A DNA stretch of 64,000 nucleotides from Histomonas meleagridis 2922-C6/04-290x (lineage: Eukaryota; Protista; Parabasalia): NCBI GenBank assembly GCA_020184695.1, contig JAANOX010000256.1, positions 248,001 to 312,000 of the forward strand. The letters run 5' to 3'. A program made the position numbers and the translations under genes. Positions 1-11,842 of this stretch are shown here, piece after piece. How positions within the stretch are numbered: the stretch's first letter is position 1; every line of letters begins with the position of its first letter. A model generated the notes under the pieces. The model was not told where the DNA came from. It made no database searches and worked only from the letters and a program-made list of their open reading frames with translations.

Positions 1-1
1 C

Positions 2-1321
2 GTTATAGCCAGCTGCGACACACTTGGAAACTCTTTTTATGTTAATAATAAAACAGAAAGTTTATTAACGATACGAAATTTATTTGGCGTTGTAACATTT
101 GGCGCTGATGACAATATCACAGGTACAAATGGAACAACAATACGACCAAATTACACGACAATTCATTCGACGCGAATTATAAATCAACGAAAAGGCTTAT
201 TAACAACATATCCATATAAACTTTCTAATGACACAATGGAAATCTCTAATTCGAGCACGAATTTAAATGGGATTATCAAAGGCGACATATGGTATAAATA
301 TGATACAATAGAAGAAGAAAACGAAAGTGATTTTTTAGAGAATAATTTTTATTTATCGACACATAATAATACAGCAATAATTAATTTATGTAATAGTAAT
401 AATAACACGATAACGAAAGAAGAACTAAAAATATTAACAAATTTAATATATTATTTAAAGAAAAGGAATTATAACACATACATTGATCAAATAACTAAAG
501 ATACAGAAGCGCCCATCATTCGAGATATATTATATGATCCCACAATATACTCCGCAAAGATTACTGCTGAAGATATCGATTCGACATATAGATACAAAGT
601 TTTTGCATATTCCGTGTCTAACGAAAGTAATTATGTTGCATCTAATGAAATAACTATAAATATATTAACTGGAATTAATTATTATAATTATACAATTACA
701 CCAACAGAAAACATCGAAAGAGATAACTTAACAAAGTTAACTAAAGATACAATAATTCCTCTTTCACGAGAACAAATACAAAATGGAATGTATTTGCATA
801 TATTCGCTGTCGATCGAGTCGGAAACATTGGCGATATTAAAAGTTGGCAAATTCCAATTCCAACTCCGACTCCTTATCCGACTGCTTCTTTATTACCAAG
901 TAATTTAACATATTCTTTAACAATTACTTTTACAAAATCAATTTCGATGTTTAACTCTTTGTTAAATTATTCATATATAACACAAACAGAAACAATTTCA
1001 AATTTGGTAATAACTTTTACTGAATTAATTGTTTATAATTATTCGTATATATTTTATACTTCGTTTTCCGATTTCTATACTGCTTTTTATAATACTTATC
1101 CAACGTATCTCGGAAAAGATGACATAAGTATTGTCATAATTTCAAGTGTTTCTGTGGTTGTCGCATTAATCATTTGCGCAATTGTGGTTGCTATCATTAT
1201 TGTATATAACAAAAAATATAAAGATGTAAGTAGAAACTCAAATGAAATGGAAGTGGTCAATGAAACAACTGAAAGTTTTTCATTAAATAATTCTTTTAAT
1301 CCAGAAGAAGATAAAAATTAA
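2..1321 (+). CDS. 5'-partial type I membrane/surface protein (large extracellular part, PTPTP stalk, Ser/Thr-rich segment, single TM helix, short acidic tail)
   Basis: Frame is open from position 2, upstream of the ORF-track Met at 236. Contains IPIPTPTPYPT, the hydrophobic IVIISSVSVVVALIICAIVVAIIIVY followed by NKKYK, and an acidic cytosolic tail, as in trichomonad surface-protein families. Confidence 0.7.
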   Translation, partial: VIASCDTLGNSFYVNNKTESLLTIRNLFGVVTFGADDNITGTNGTTIRPNYTTIHSTRIINQRKGLLTTYPYKLSNDTMEISNSSTNLNGIIKGDIWYKYDTIEEENESDFLENNFYLSTHNNTAIINLCNSNNNTITKEELKILTNLIYYLKKRNYNTYIDQITKDTEAPIIRDILYDPTIYSAKITAEDIDSTYRYKVFAYSVSNESNYVASNEITINILTGINYYNYTITPTENIERDNLTKLTKDTIIPLSREQIQNGMYLHIFAVDRVGNIGDIKSWQIPIPTPTPYPTASLLPSNLTYSLTITFTKSISMFNSLLNYSYITQTETISNLVITFTELIVYNYSYIFYTSFSDFYTAFYNTYPTYLGKDDISIVIISSVSVVVALIICAIVVAIIIVYNKKYKDVSRNSNEMEVVNETTESFSLNNSFNPEEDKN

Positions 1322-1779
1322 AATTGATGATGTGAAGCTGTCTATCGTACATTCAAAAATGTGTGTAAAATTCTGAATTTCACTTTTTCAAAGTTGAAAG
1401 CAGTTTATATCTTTGTTGTATAAACAAAATAATTATTCTGTTTAATAAAATTATTATAATTTGTTTGTATATGTTTTTTAAGAGTTGCTTCGAAAAAGTT
1501 CTGATTTGGGAAATCAAATAAAAATTAAAATATTTGTTATATCAACATAGTTCTATGCAAGGATAAAGTTATGTGAATTTTTGCTCTACAGATTTTGAAA
1601 AGTAATTTCTTTTGAGGTACTCATTTTCGCTATTTTTTATTGTTTTTAAATAGTTAAATATTGCTTTAACAAGTTTTTTATTTATTTCTAAGAAATAGCT
1701 TATTAATTTTTTCTTTTTTGATAAAAACTTTTTTATTTTTATTTTTATTACTTCGTAATTCTTCATAATATGGAGAAAA

Positions 1780-3595
1780 TATAGTTTGAATATTTGAAGG
1801 TGTATTCAAAAGCATTGTCCTAAATAATTGATATAAAACAAACGAACATCTTTTACATCAACTTCAATTCCTTTTGCAATAAGAGATTTAATAATTACTT
1901 CTTTATTTTGAAAAGGTTTTTCGATTGCATAAAAAAGTGCTGTTTGAAATAATTTGAATAATATTATTTTGGTATACAAAAATTTTAAAATACATATTGT
2001 TTAAAATAAATAAATATCTTTAGTATTAACATCAATACCTTCTTGCTCAAGAAGTATTTTAACTATTCCAACTTTACCTTGACCAGATGCCAACATAAGC
2101 GCTGTTGTAGAAAAATCAAATAAATCCCAAATATTATTTTAAAACATTAAATAATAAAGCTAAAATTTATGTAAAACATTTAAATATTTTTAGCATTAAT
2201 TTTAATTCCTTTTTGTTCAAGAAGGAATTTGACTATATTTGCATAACCTTTTAAAGATGCAAGCATAAGTGCTGTCCAAAATGTTTTAAATAAATCTTAA
2301 AAATCATTATTGAATATTAAATGATTAAAATATATTTTAAATAAAACAATAAAACATCTTTAGTATTAATTTTAATTGTTTTTTCTTTAATCATGAAGTA
2401 AACTATTTCTTCATAATTTTTTTCGGCTGCATTTAAAAACATAAGACTATCACATCTAATATATAGATTTGTGACTATATAATGAAAAAGTTCTTCATTA
2501 CCAGAAAAACTAGTGATACTTAAACCATTTATTGGCATAGGATTTTTCATATGAAAATATTGAGTAAGAAACAGATTACCTGTTGTGATTGAATGTACAA
2601 TATTTGATTTGGTAATTTCCATTCCTTCACTCAACAAAAATGATAAAATTTCATAGTTATTATATATAACACATTTATTTCCTAATTATTCTAAATTAAT
2701 TATATCTAATTTATTTTCATAAAGATATTTAAAGATCTCATTTTGATGATAAATAATTGCTGCGTCAAATGCACCTATAAATGATGATTGATTTTGTTCA
2801 CATAAATGAATAATTTCCTTATTTCCACCTGCAACAGCAAATTTACCTGTGTTTGTGATGTTAGGTTCATGTAATAATAAATATTTAAAATTTAACAGAA
2901 CCAAAAAATGCAGCAAAATCAATTAATGTAACATTTCTTTGATTAATAAATGAACATCTTTCATAAACTGATGGTCTAATTATTAGAGTAAAATCAAAAT
3001 ATTCTTGTGATGATATTTTTTGAAGTTGTTCTAGTTCATCATATCGAACCATTTTTGAGATTTCATGTGGATTAATCCCATGTAAAATTAAATCCTTATG
3101 AACTTCCCAATCATTTTCTTGAAGTGTTTTTATGTTTTCATAAAAGAACATATCGGAACTGACATTTATTTCTAATTCATTCTTTGGAATACGATGTATA
3201 AAATATAATGATTTCTTCATTTTATTTTTGAAGAGTAAAGGATCTATAATTTTGTTTTCAATCATCCTTTCAATAAGATAATTTGATTCTTGACTTTGAA
3301 TAGGTATTAGTATTAGCCTAAAAACTTTCATAATTTCGATATCTACATTTTTAATTTTTTTTAAATCACTTTCAATATTCTCCAAAAAATCAAAACACAA
3401 ATGATCAAGATCTTTGGCAACAAAAAATGAATATATAATGTTGCAAACAATGGAAACGAATGAATATGGATATTCTTTAGAAAAGAACATTAATGTATAC
3501 TCAACACATTCACATATGTTTTGTTCACTTAAAGCAAAAATTCTTCTCTCTAGGTTCTGTATCATTTCCATATTTTTGTTCATTGTATCCATCAT
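1780..3595 (-). pseudogene. DUF3447-type/ankyrin-repeat gene, disrupted (frameshift near 2890, in-frame TAA at 2686-2688), with ankyrin loops interrupted by 17-nt spacer cassettes
   Basis: ORF pieces 2885..3595, 2686..2922 and 2317..2637 read as one protein (NDWEVHKDLILHGINP...TLIDFAAFFGSVK-FKYLL...FAVAGGNKEIIHLCEQ). Three ankyrin repeats follow that the ORF track misses (TALMLASLKGYANIVKFLLEQKGIKINAK; TALMLASGQGKVGIVKILLEQEGIDVNTKD; TALFYAIEK...). Confidence 0.8.
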
Positions 3596-4008
3596 ACATA
3601 TATGTTATAACCGTGGAAATTAACTGATTTTGAAAACTATATAAAGTATACTTAAGTAAACTTTTCAAAAATAAAATTTGTGTTAAACCGAAAAAATTGA
3701 ATTTCATCTGACGATATTTACTTTATCATTTGTTCTGCGATCAAAAATGGAGTAACAAAAAAACATGATGATTTCATAACATTATATCCTTACGGAATCA
3801 CTTGTTTTTAAAAAATTCCAAATCTAATTTCAAATTATCAAAATGCTGTAACATTATATTGTTATTTTCTAAGAGAAGCAAATAAAAAGCTTGTCAATTT
3901 TTTTAAATAAAATGCAGATTAAATAAATAAATAAAAAAAACGAAAAATTCCATTTATATTTTTATTCAGGAAGTGTTCATTTGATAGGCTTAATCTCAAA
4001 CATAGAAT

Positions 4009-5236
4009 TTATTTATTTTTATTAATTTTCATTATTTTTTGTTGCAGTTCATTTGTTCTTTCCTTCAATGAAACTGCAATACCATTTATAAAACCATAAA
4101 TGAGATCCTTATCTTCTTTTATTGGTTTTATAGCAAATCCATATAAAAACAAACACACAGAGCACAAGATAACTGGCCAAATCAAAGGCGAAAAGTAAAC
4201 ACATTCAAAGTCTATTGCAGCAAAAATCCAACAAAAAGAAAATACAAAAAATAGAATTGATAAATAATAAAATATTTCATTAAATCTTATTAAATATTTC
4301 GCTTTTTTTGTAGCAGTTATAACATTATCCAAATCTTTTTGTAGTTGAGAAACAGATAATGTAATCGATTCTATTGAAAAATCATCAATAAGTTTACATA
4401 TGTATTTGATATTATTCGTATCATCAAAATTTTCATTTTCTTTTGGAATATGAAACAAACGAATATCAATGCTTCGATTTGTTACATAACTCGATAAACA
4501 TTGTGATATAGATGAAACAACTCGAATTTGATCTGAAATTATTTCGCGTTTGCTTTTCGTTGATGTGTTTTCATAGAAAATGTCTGTTTTGGAAAGGAAA
4601 AAATAAAGTTTCGATGAAAAAGAAGTATTAACTTTCTTGATAAACTCAAGAAGTGGTGGAGAAAAAGCTTGTGAAAATGGCTCAAAGAAACAAAGAATTA
4701 GATCTGATTGTTGTGCAAGATAAAACATAAATGGCGGTACTTCTTGATTTGGAGTAAAACCTGGAGTATCAATCATAGTAATAAGGTGGGCTCTATTTTC
4801 AACAGGAAGACATATTTCTGTGCAAAAATATTTGTTGATATCAGATTCTGAAATTTGATTTAAACCAAAGAGTTTTGCTGTTTCAAGGCCATCAAGAAGC
4901 TCTGGCCTTCGACCTGTTGTAAAAAATGTAATATGTTTTGTTTCAATTTCATCAGTGTTTTTTTTACAATCAAAAAACCATTTGATAAAACTTGTTTTTC
5001 CTGAGCTGTTTGTGCCAATAACCATTATTTTGATTTTTCCTTTAGGTTCTTGTATGTTATCATGAAGAAATTTCTTAACCATTTTATTTTTTGCTATGTT
5101 TAATAAACCATATCTTTCTTGACTATAAATCATTGATATGTCTGATATTATGTATTCGTTTGGTGATAAAATTGTTGCATCTATTGTGTTCTTTTTTGAT
5201 TTCAATTTTTTGATAAACGAATTTAATCGGCGACAT
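4009..5236 (-). CDS. Dynamin/EHD-like P-loop GTPase with C-terminal transmembrane helices
   Basis: G1 GTNSSGKTS, G3 MIDTPG, G4-like SKTD and two hydrophobic helices near the C-terminus. The start is uncertain: the track uses TTG at 5274, while the ATG at 5236 needs a 1-nt indel correction to enter the frame. Confidence 0.65.
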
Positions 5237-5251
5237 GTGATGTAATAAAAA

Positions 5252-7030
5252 ATGCCGCGTACCAAAAGGAACAAACAACAACAACAAAATAAAGAAAGAC
5301 CAGATAGAACAGAAGCAGGTGTTATACTTCCAGAATTTATAGAATATTATAAAACTCAATTAGTTCCAAATTCATTAACTGAATCAGAATTTGAAGTTTT
5401 TATTGAAACATATAAAACAACACTTCCACATGTTTTTCGCATATCACCTTCATCACCAGATTTTGATCAGATTAAGCAAGAGCTTGAATCCCATATAAAA
5501 ACATTTAAAGATAATAATTATGATGCCGAAATTATTGACTACTTTGAACCTCAACACGGCATTGTCTGCAAGATTTCTGTATCAAAACCAGTTCTTCATA
5601 AAATTCCAGAATTACAACCATTTCGAGAATGGTTGAATTCACATACAGAATCAGGCGATATTACTCGTCAAGAATTTGTGTCCATGCTTCCAGCATTTTT
5701 CCTTAATGCTCAACCCAATGATGGTGTTCTTGATACATGTGCAGCTCCCGGTTCAAAGACATCACTAATTCTTGAACAACTTATAGATGGTTTTGTTGTT
5801 GCCAACGATTCCGAACTAATGCGTTGTTCCACTTTAATTCGCCAATTAAAACGATTTGATAATTCCAAAGTTTTAGTCATCAATCATTTTGGCCAGCAAA
5901 TACCTGACATCGGACCATTTGATCGTGTTTTATGTGATGTTCCCTGTTCTGGCGATGGCACATTTCGTAAAAACAGCGATGCGTCAATACGTTGGACAGA
6001 TCGCAAAGGCTTTGGCAACCACAATCAACAGCGTTCTATACTTATTCGCGGCCTACAACTACTAAAAGTCGGTGGTACTTGTGTATATTCCACGTGTTCT
6101 TTAAACCCTATTGAAGACGAAGCCGTAATTAACTCAGTTTTAAATGAACTAAATGGTTCTGTCACTGTAATAAATTGTTCTGAAATGTTTCCTAAGTTAA
6201 AAAGATCACAAGGACTAAAGACATGGAAAGTAATATTAAATGGAAAAGTCATCAATGAAGATGATGAAATTGATGAAAATGAACAAAAAAGAATTAAGCC
6301 AACGATGTATCCGAAGAATGTTATTGAAGGAATCGAAAACTGTATACGATTTTATCCTCATCAGAATGATACCGGAGGATTTTTCATTGCTGTTTTAAAG
6401 AAAGAGAAAGAATTTGAAATTGATCCACACCAAATTCAAACTAAAAGTTTAAAGCAATGGAAGAATCCGCCATTTGTTTCTTTAGATTCTTTTGAAGCAG
6501 GAAAAGAAATAATACCAAAAATCATTGAATCATTTGGAATGACAAATGATTTCGATTCAACAAAATTATTTACGAGATCAGAACAAATGAATAACATTTT
6601 TTATGTGAGGGATGACATCGCTAAAATTATAAAAAAAATTCCTTATACCAAATTAAGAGCTGTTTCTTGTGGTTCGAGAATGTTTTCGATTAAGACTTTT
6701 AAGGATAAAACAGCTGTAACAACATTCCCTTGTTTTGAGTCGATTAATTTGTTGTTTAAGTTTGCGACAAAAAGAATTCTCGAATTGAGTCCTGAGGATA
6801 TATATAAAATATTAAAAGGAGGTAATGATGGCGCAAAGATTTCGGATTTGAAATCATTTGAGGATAATGGAATTACATCAGGAGGGATAATGATGACTAT
6901 AAAGGGAACAAACTTTAAATATACAGCAATGAAAACAAATACAAATATTATTGTTCAAGTAAATAAAGAAAGAGTGCAACAAGAAATTGTAAGAATCTTG
7001 TATAAATACCCACAATTAAATAATGAATAA
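5252..7030 (+). CDS. NSUN2: tRNA (cytosine-5)-methyltransferase, NSUN2/Trm4 (NCL1) family
   Basis: RQEFVSMLP, LDTCAAPGSKT, DRVLCDVPCSGDGT (motif IV), VYSTCSLNPIEDEAV (motif VI), RFYPHQNDTGGFFIAVL. Confidence 0.95.
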   Translation: MPRTKRNKQQQQNKERPDRTEAGVILPEFIEYYKTQLVPNSLTESEFEVFIETYKTTLPHVFRISPSSPDFDQIKQELESHIKTFKDNNYDAEIIDYFEPQHGIVCKISVSKPVLHKIPELQPFREWLNSHTESGDITRQEFVSMLPAFFLNAQPNDGVLDTCAAPGSKTSLILEQLIDGFVVANDSELMRCSTLIRQLKRFDNSKVLVINHFGQQIPDIGPFDRVLCDVPCSGDGTFRKNSDASIRWTDRKGFGNHNQQRSILIRGLQLLKVGGTCVYSTCSLNPIEDEAVINSVLNELNGSVTVINCSEMFPKLKRSQGLKTWKVILNGKVINEDDEIDENEQKRIKPTMYPKNVIEGIENCIRFYPHQNDTGGFFIAVLKKEKEFEIDPHQIQTKSLKQWKNPPFVSLDSFEAGKEIIPKIIESFGMTNDFDSTKLFTRSEQMNNIFYVRDDIAKIIKKIPYTKLRAVSCGSRMFSIKTFKDKTAVTTFPCFESINLLFKFATKRILELSPEDIYKILKGGNDGAKISDLKSFEDNGITSGGIMMTIKGTNFKYTAMKTNTNIIVQVNKERVQQEIVRILYKYPQLNNE

Positions 7031-7204
7031 AATAAATAATTTTATTTTTATCTCTGTTCTAAAATTTTATAAAATTGAATTTAATTCTGAAACTTTAATT
7101 ATCAATACTTTAATTAGAATTTAAGTTCAGTCAGAAAGTTATACATTACTTATAAGTAATGATATAATTGTTCCATTAATTAAAAGAAAAAAAAAATCAA
7201 AACC

Positions 7205-7768
7205 TTATGGTTTTATTAATTTTTTCAAATTATCTTTTGAAATATTAATATCGTCTCTATCATCCAAATATTCAGAAATCTTTTGTACAGCATTATAATG
7301 CTCTTTATTACAAAATGGAAGCATATAACATTTTTGAGGTAGTTCATTTAATGCATTTTGGATCACTTCTTGTATTTGTTTTTGCAATGAAGATTCCAAA
7401 TTATCACCTATTTTTTGAGTTTCATTGACATATGAAAACCCAACCTTTTGTATTTTCATTAATAATTCTTTGCATACTCTACAAGAAATATTATGGTCTG
7501 AATTAGTATATTTGTATACATCAAGAATTTTGTGATTGCAATGGTAACCGACAATATAGTCATTTATGAATCTTACAGCATCAATTGGAGGTAAACGCTT
7601 GTGAATTAATTCCACTGTTTTGTTATACATTTGATCTGGAGGATATCCTTGTGCTGCTACTTCTTTTACATATGAATGAGCAACAGAACAATAATATTGA
7701 TCTAACCATGCATTTAATGTATGATTATAAGTTCTAATAATCCTTAGAGCTAAAAATGGAAGGAACAT
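7205..7768 (-). CDS. Secreted Cys-containing protein, possibly saposin-like
   Basis: Signal-peptide-like MFLPFLAL start and a CRVCKELL...KCYMLPFC helical pattern reminiscent of saposin-B domains. The full six-Cys pattern is not evident. Confidence 0.45.
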   Translation of the reverse strand: MFLPFLALRIIRTYNHTLNAWLDQYYCSVAHSYVKEVAAQGYPPDQMYNKTVELIHKRLPPIDAVRFINDYIVGYHCNHKILDVYKYTNSDHNISCRVCKELLMKIQKVGFSYVNETQKIGDNLESSLQKQIQEVIQNALNELPQKCYMLPFCNKEHYNAVQKISEYLDDRDDINISKDNLKKLIKP

Positions 7769-8365
7769 AATAAAAAAATGAAGCAATTAATTAGCCAAGA
7801 AAAATGAGTTCATTTTTTCAATAAATAAAAAATTGATTAAATCAGTTATTTTGTTTTCGTTGACTATTATTTTTTCCAAAAAATTTGAGAATGATAAAAA
7901 GTTAAAATGATTCAATACATAGATATTGAGTTTTATTTCAAACTCCACTTTAACATATGATTAATATTTTTTATTTCAAAGAAACAAATGAAAAAATATG
8001 TTAAAATTAGATATAGAATTCTATGAGTTTTAAATATATTTTTAGCTTTTTACCGCCCATAAACAAAAAAATATTTTATTAAAATATTTCAATTAATAAA
8101 TACTTATATTTCTATAAATATCTTTATCTTTACTGCTTTTATTCTATATATAAATAAATTTAACATTTATAGTTTAAGTATTTAGAAGGAAATAGCTAAC
8201 GAAAATAAGATTTAAAAAGATCTTTAACTTAGTATTATCAATGCAATGGACAATATATTAACAACACAATAATTAAGCAGAAAAGAATTGTATTTTTATA
8301 TTTTAGTGTTCTTCCAAAAATTTGGTTTAGGAAAAGTGCCATTTCATACGTTTATCAAATTCAAC

Positions 8366-8752
8366 ATGACATCTTTCAACAAACTTTATGGAGAATTTGT
8401 TGATTCGGTAAAATCACAGGAAACAAAAATGGACGAATTTATAAATCGTAATTTTGGGTGGCTTGATAAAATTAATACTGAGTTAAATCTTGGTTTAGAA
8501 CTTCAACATAAAAACTTGGCAGAAAATAAACGTAACGAAGATGTAAAAAAAATAGAAACAGGAAATCTTATCGTTTCACTAACAGCAGACGATTTATCTG
8601 ATGATCCTATAGATTTTATTGATACAGGCGATCTTACAAATAATGTTTTGCTTACAAGTGATTCAGATGATGGAGAATCCTCGCTTTCAGTCCTAGCAAA
8701 TTCAGCAATAGCATTCCGCCAGAAATGGAAACAATCAATCAACCAAAAATAA
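8366..8752 (+). CDS. Hypothetical protein
   Basis: ATG at 8366 preceded by TCAAC; 128-aa ORF with an acidic low-complexity segment. Confidence 0.55.
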   Translation: MTSFNKLYGEFVDSVKSQETKMDEFINRNFGWLDKINTELNLGLELQHKNLAENKRNEDVKKIETGNLIVSLTADDLSDDPIDFIDTGDLTNNVLLTSDSDDGESSLSVLANSAIAFRQKWKQSINQK

Positions 8753-8789
8753 TAAACATGTTTCAATCATTCAAATAAAGATAAAATGT

Positions 8790-9356
8790 TTACTGGTTTT
8801 TAAGGTGATTAAATACAATTTGATTTCTGAATTCAAATTCTTTTCTGAGTTCGATCAATCTTTTTTGTGCCAATGTTTTCCAATAATTTTTCCGGTTTTC
8901 GAGAACTTTAAATCTTTCTTCTGTGTGTTTGGTGATATTAGCATCAAAGTCAATTTTAGCTGCTTTTTCTATTTCTGAAATTGCATTAGTTACTTTTGGA
9001 TGTAAATTTAAACTTGGTATATCTTTAAAGCTAATTTCGTTATGAAGCAATTTGAGTCCAATATCAAAAGGCACTGTGTCATTACAAACAGGTTCCTCGA
9101 AAAGTTTATTTGCTTCCCAAATATCAGCAATTTCAAAACTTTCTAACTTTAATTTTGAAGGTTTACTTTCTGTTTTTGTCTTGATTAAACCTATTAACTT
9201 AAATGCAATTAGCTTCCACTCTTCATTTGAACATATAAAGTTAGAATCTGCAATCCCATGTTCAATATTTTGAATCATTGTCTTATTTAATGTCTTACAC
9301 TCTAGTAAGTTTTTTATTAATTCATTTTTTTGTTTTTTACTTCCTTTTGTGTGCAT
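8790..9356 (-). CDS. Hypothetical protein
   Basis: 188-aa ATG-initiated ORF with plausible codon usage; no motif recognised. Confidence 0.6.
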   Translation of the reverse strand: MHTKGSKKQKNELIKNLLECKTLNKTMIQNIEHGIADSNFICSNEEWKLIAFKLIGLIKTKTESKPSKLKLESFEIADIWEANKLFEEPVCNDTVPFDIGLKLLHNEISFKDIPSLNLHPKVTNAISEIEKAAKIDFDANITKHTEERFKVLENRKNYWKTLAQKRLIELRKEFEFRNQIVFNHLKNQ

Positions 9357-9554
9357 TTTTCAATAAATACATTCCTTTCCGTCTGGTGCATTTCAAACGG
9401 GAAATATGCACACAAAAATTTGTCGTTATCTTTCAATTTTGATTTGTTTTTTGGTAATGAAAAGTGGCAATGGTGCACCCTAAACGATTTCACTCAATTA
9501 GCAATTTCAAAGGAATAAATGCGGTTATTTTAAAACCAACCTTTGGTTTGGAAA

Positions 9555-10712
9555 ATGGCTTCCTTACAACAAAATATAACTAATCAAGTAAATATCACAG
9601 AAATGAACCAAAATGAATTGAGTAATCAAAATAAGGAAAAGCCTTCAAATCTTCAAATTTTATCTACAACATTAGGAGACTTATCACGTTTTTCGCAAGG
9701 AACTTCTTCTCCTTTCTCGTTAAAAACAAGTTTAGAAATCACACAACAAAAAATAGAAAATACACCAAAAAAATTTACAAGAGAGCCACCTAAAATAGAA
9801 GCAGCTCCATACCCACGCCTTCCACCTAGTTCTATTGTTCTTCAAGAGCTAGCACAGATCAATGCAAAATTAAAACAACAACGAGAAGAATTGCGTTTTT
9901 TAATTCAAGCACGTCAAGCAAATTACATTGTAACACCTGATTTCGAATCTCTTGATCCCAGTCTTGGAATCCAGAACTATCAAGGAATGATTACTCCTCA
10001 TAAAACCATTAATCAAATTTCTCAAGCCAACATTTCCAAAATCCAAACCACTCATCAAAAGTATTATCTTCGTTGTCCTAAGACATCACATCGCATCAGT
10101 CACATTTCCCATCTTCCTGATTTAATCCATCATGTTGATACCAATTCTGAATGTTTATCACCACTTTTCAAGACTATTCTTTCATGGAAATCGATTGGCA
10201 ATGAAAAGGCGCATCTTCTAGCACGACAATATGTTGAGCATCGACAGATTTGGGAAAATGAAATTAAAGCACTTGATGAATATCATCGAGAAAAACGCGA
10301 ACTATTACCACAGTGGCCTAAAGAGATAGCCAACATGCCCACTAAACCTAAAGACAGGTCGAGTTATATAAGTTGCGTTGCACCAGATCAGCCAATGTAT
10401 CTCGAAGACAGCGAATTCTACTCGTTTGAGTTCTTCACTATGAATGGCTTTGTTCCGGATCCTCTTGCGGCACACATCGAGTTCAAGAAAAGGCTTTGTT
10501 GGACCGAAGCTGAAACGCGAATTTTCTTGGATAAGTACAGATTACATCCAAAGGACTTCAAAAAGATCGCGGCGGGATTGCCGCAGAAGTCTGTGAAGGA
10601 CGTGATTGAGTATTATTTCACACATAGAATAGAACTGGATTTGAAGAAGCTGGAAAATCAGTCGAAGAAAAAAGAAAGAAAAAGAGGGAATTCGGCTGTC
10701 ATGAAGAAGTAA
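9555..10712 (+). CDS. SANT/Myb-domain protein, N-CoR/Snt1-like
   Basis: C-terminal WTEAETRIFLDKYRLHPKDFKKIAAGLPQKSVKDVIEYYF matches the first SANT domain of N-CoR/SMRT/Snt1. First ATG is at 9555. Confidence 0.8.
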   Translation: MASLQQNITNQVNITEMNQNELSNQNKEKPSNLQILSTTLGDLSRFSQGTSSPFSLKTSLEITQQKIENTPKKFTREPPKIEAAPYPRLPPSSIVLQELAQINAKLKQQREELRFLIQARQANYIVTPDFESLDPSLGIQNYQGMITPHKTINQISQANISKIQTTHQKYYLRCPKTSHRISHISHLPDLIHHVDTNSECLSPLFKTILSWKSIGNEKAHLLARQYVEHRQIWENEIKALDEYHREKRELLPQWPKEIANMPTKPKDRSSYISCVAPDQPMYLEDSEFYSFEFFTMNGFVPDPLAAHIEFKKRLCWTEAETRIFLDKYRLHPKDFKKIAAGLPQKSVKDVIEYYFTHRIELDLKKLENQSKKKERKRGNSAVMKK

Positions 10713-11107
10713 TAATGTTATTATATTCTGTTTGGACTTTCATAAAAAATATATTTTAATAAATACTTTGTGGTTACAAATGTGTAAAATCAAATCATTA
10801 AATATTAAAAATGAGAAATTGACGTAATAGAAATTTAATAATAAAAAAACCTAAAAAGAGATCAAATGTGTCAAACACAATTTTTTAATGTTATGTGAAA
10901 ATTTAAAGATGGATAATGGCTTTATGTAAAACACAAGTATTTTCATGTGCAAAAAAAAAAGATTTAAGAAAATAAAACAATTTTACAAATTTTCCGAAAT
11001 GACATGTTCGCTACATTCAAAAAGTCCACAGGATAGCCGATAGGGGAAAAGGGGACTTTTGCACAGAAAAAGTTGAATGGAAAGTGAACGTAATCTTTGA
11101 TGATTAA

Positions 11108-11842
11108 TCATCCCCAATAGCCTTGTCGCTGGTATTGTGGGTTCCCTTGCATTGGCCTTTGGTATGTATTTGCCTGTGAGTTTTGGTTTATGTATATGTT
11201 TTGCTGCCCATATTGTGCGTAATTTTGATTTTGATTTGACATGCTATAACTATAACTGTTTATATTAGAATTTTGATAAACAACTGAAGGGGTTGTCTGT
11301 ACAGCACCGTACGGTGGATATTGAACTTCGCGAGAAACAAGGCTCATCTCTTGAGGAACTTGGCAATTGTGAATTTGCTGTGGTTCAACAAGAGGATAAG
11401 TATTAAACCTAAAGGGCGAAATTGTAGCTTTCATGGTCACTCTTACAAGTTCTGTTTTGTAATCTTGGCTACTTAATAAAGGAAATCCAAACTCTTTTGG
11501 CTCTCCGATAGGGAGGTGAGCAAGCTTTATCTGTGCAAAAGCAATAACTCTTTTCTGTGCTGGAAAATCAGTTGATGTGAATAAGCATCCTTTAAAATAG
11601 CTTTGATTTAAATCAGCTACATTCAATATCAGCCTTGAAGGGATTCGTAATTGCACGGTTTTGCTTGGAACAAACTGATTGGATTGAACTGATTTATATG
11701 GTGGGATACCATCTGCAGTAAAAGTGAACCAAACTGTGCGTAAAAAATTATTGAACCGATCTGAAAACTCTGCTTGCTCAATGACGAAGTCGAAAATATA
11801 TGTTCCACTCATTGAGCTTGTAGATTTTTGAAGTGTTTGCAT
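11108..11842 (-). CDS. Hypothetical protein with a C2-like N-terminal beta domain and Q/N/Y-rich tail
   Basis: 244-aa ORF with an alternating hydrophobic beta pattern (YIFDFVIEQA...IAFAQIKLAHLP...VRVTMKATIS) and a low-complexity tail. Confidence 0.6.
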   Translation of the reverse strand: MQTLQKSTSSMSGTYIFDFVIEQAEFSDRFNNFLRTVWFTFTADGIPPYKSVQSNQFVPSKTVQLRIPSRLILNVADLNQSYFKGCLFTSTDFPAQKRVIAFAQIKLAHLPIGEPKEFGFPLLSSQDYKTELVRVTMKATISPFRFNTYPLVEPQQIHNCQVPQEMSLVSREVQYPPYGAVQTTPSVVYQNSNINSYSYSMSNQNQNYAQYGQQNIYINQNSQANTYQRPMQGNPQYQRQGYWG

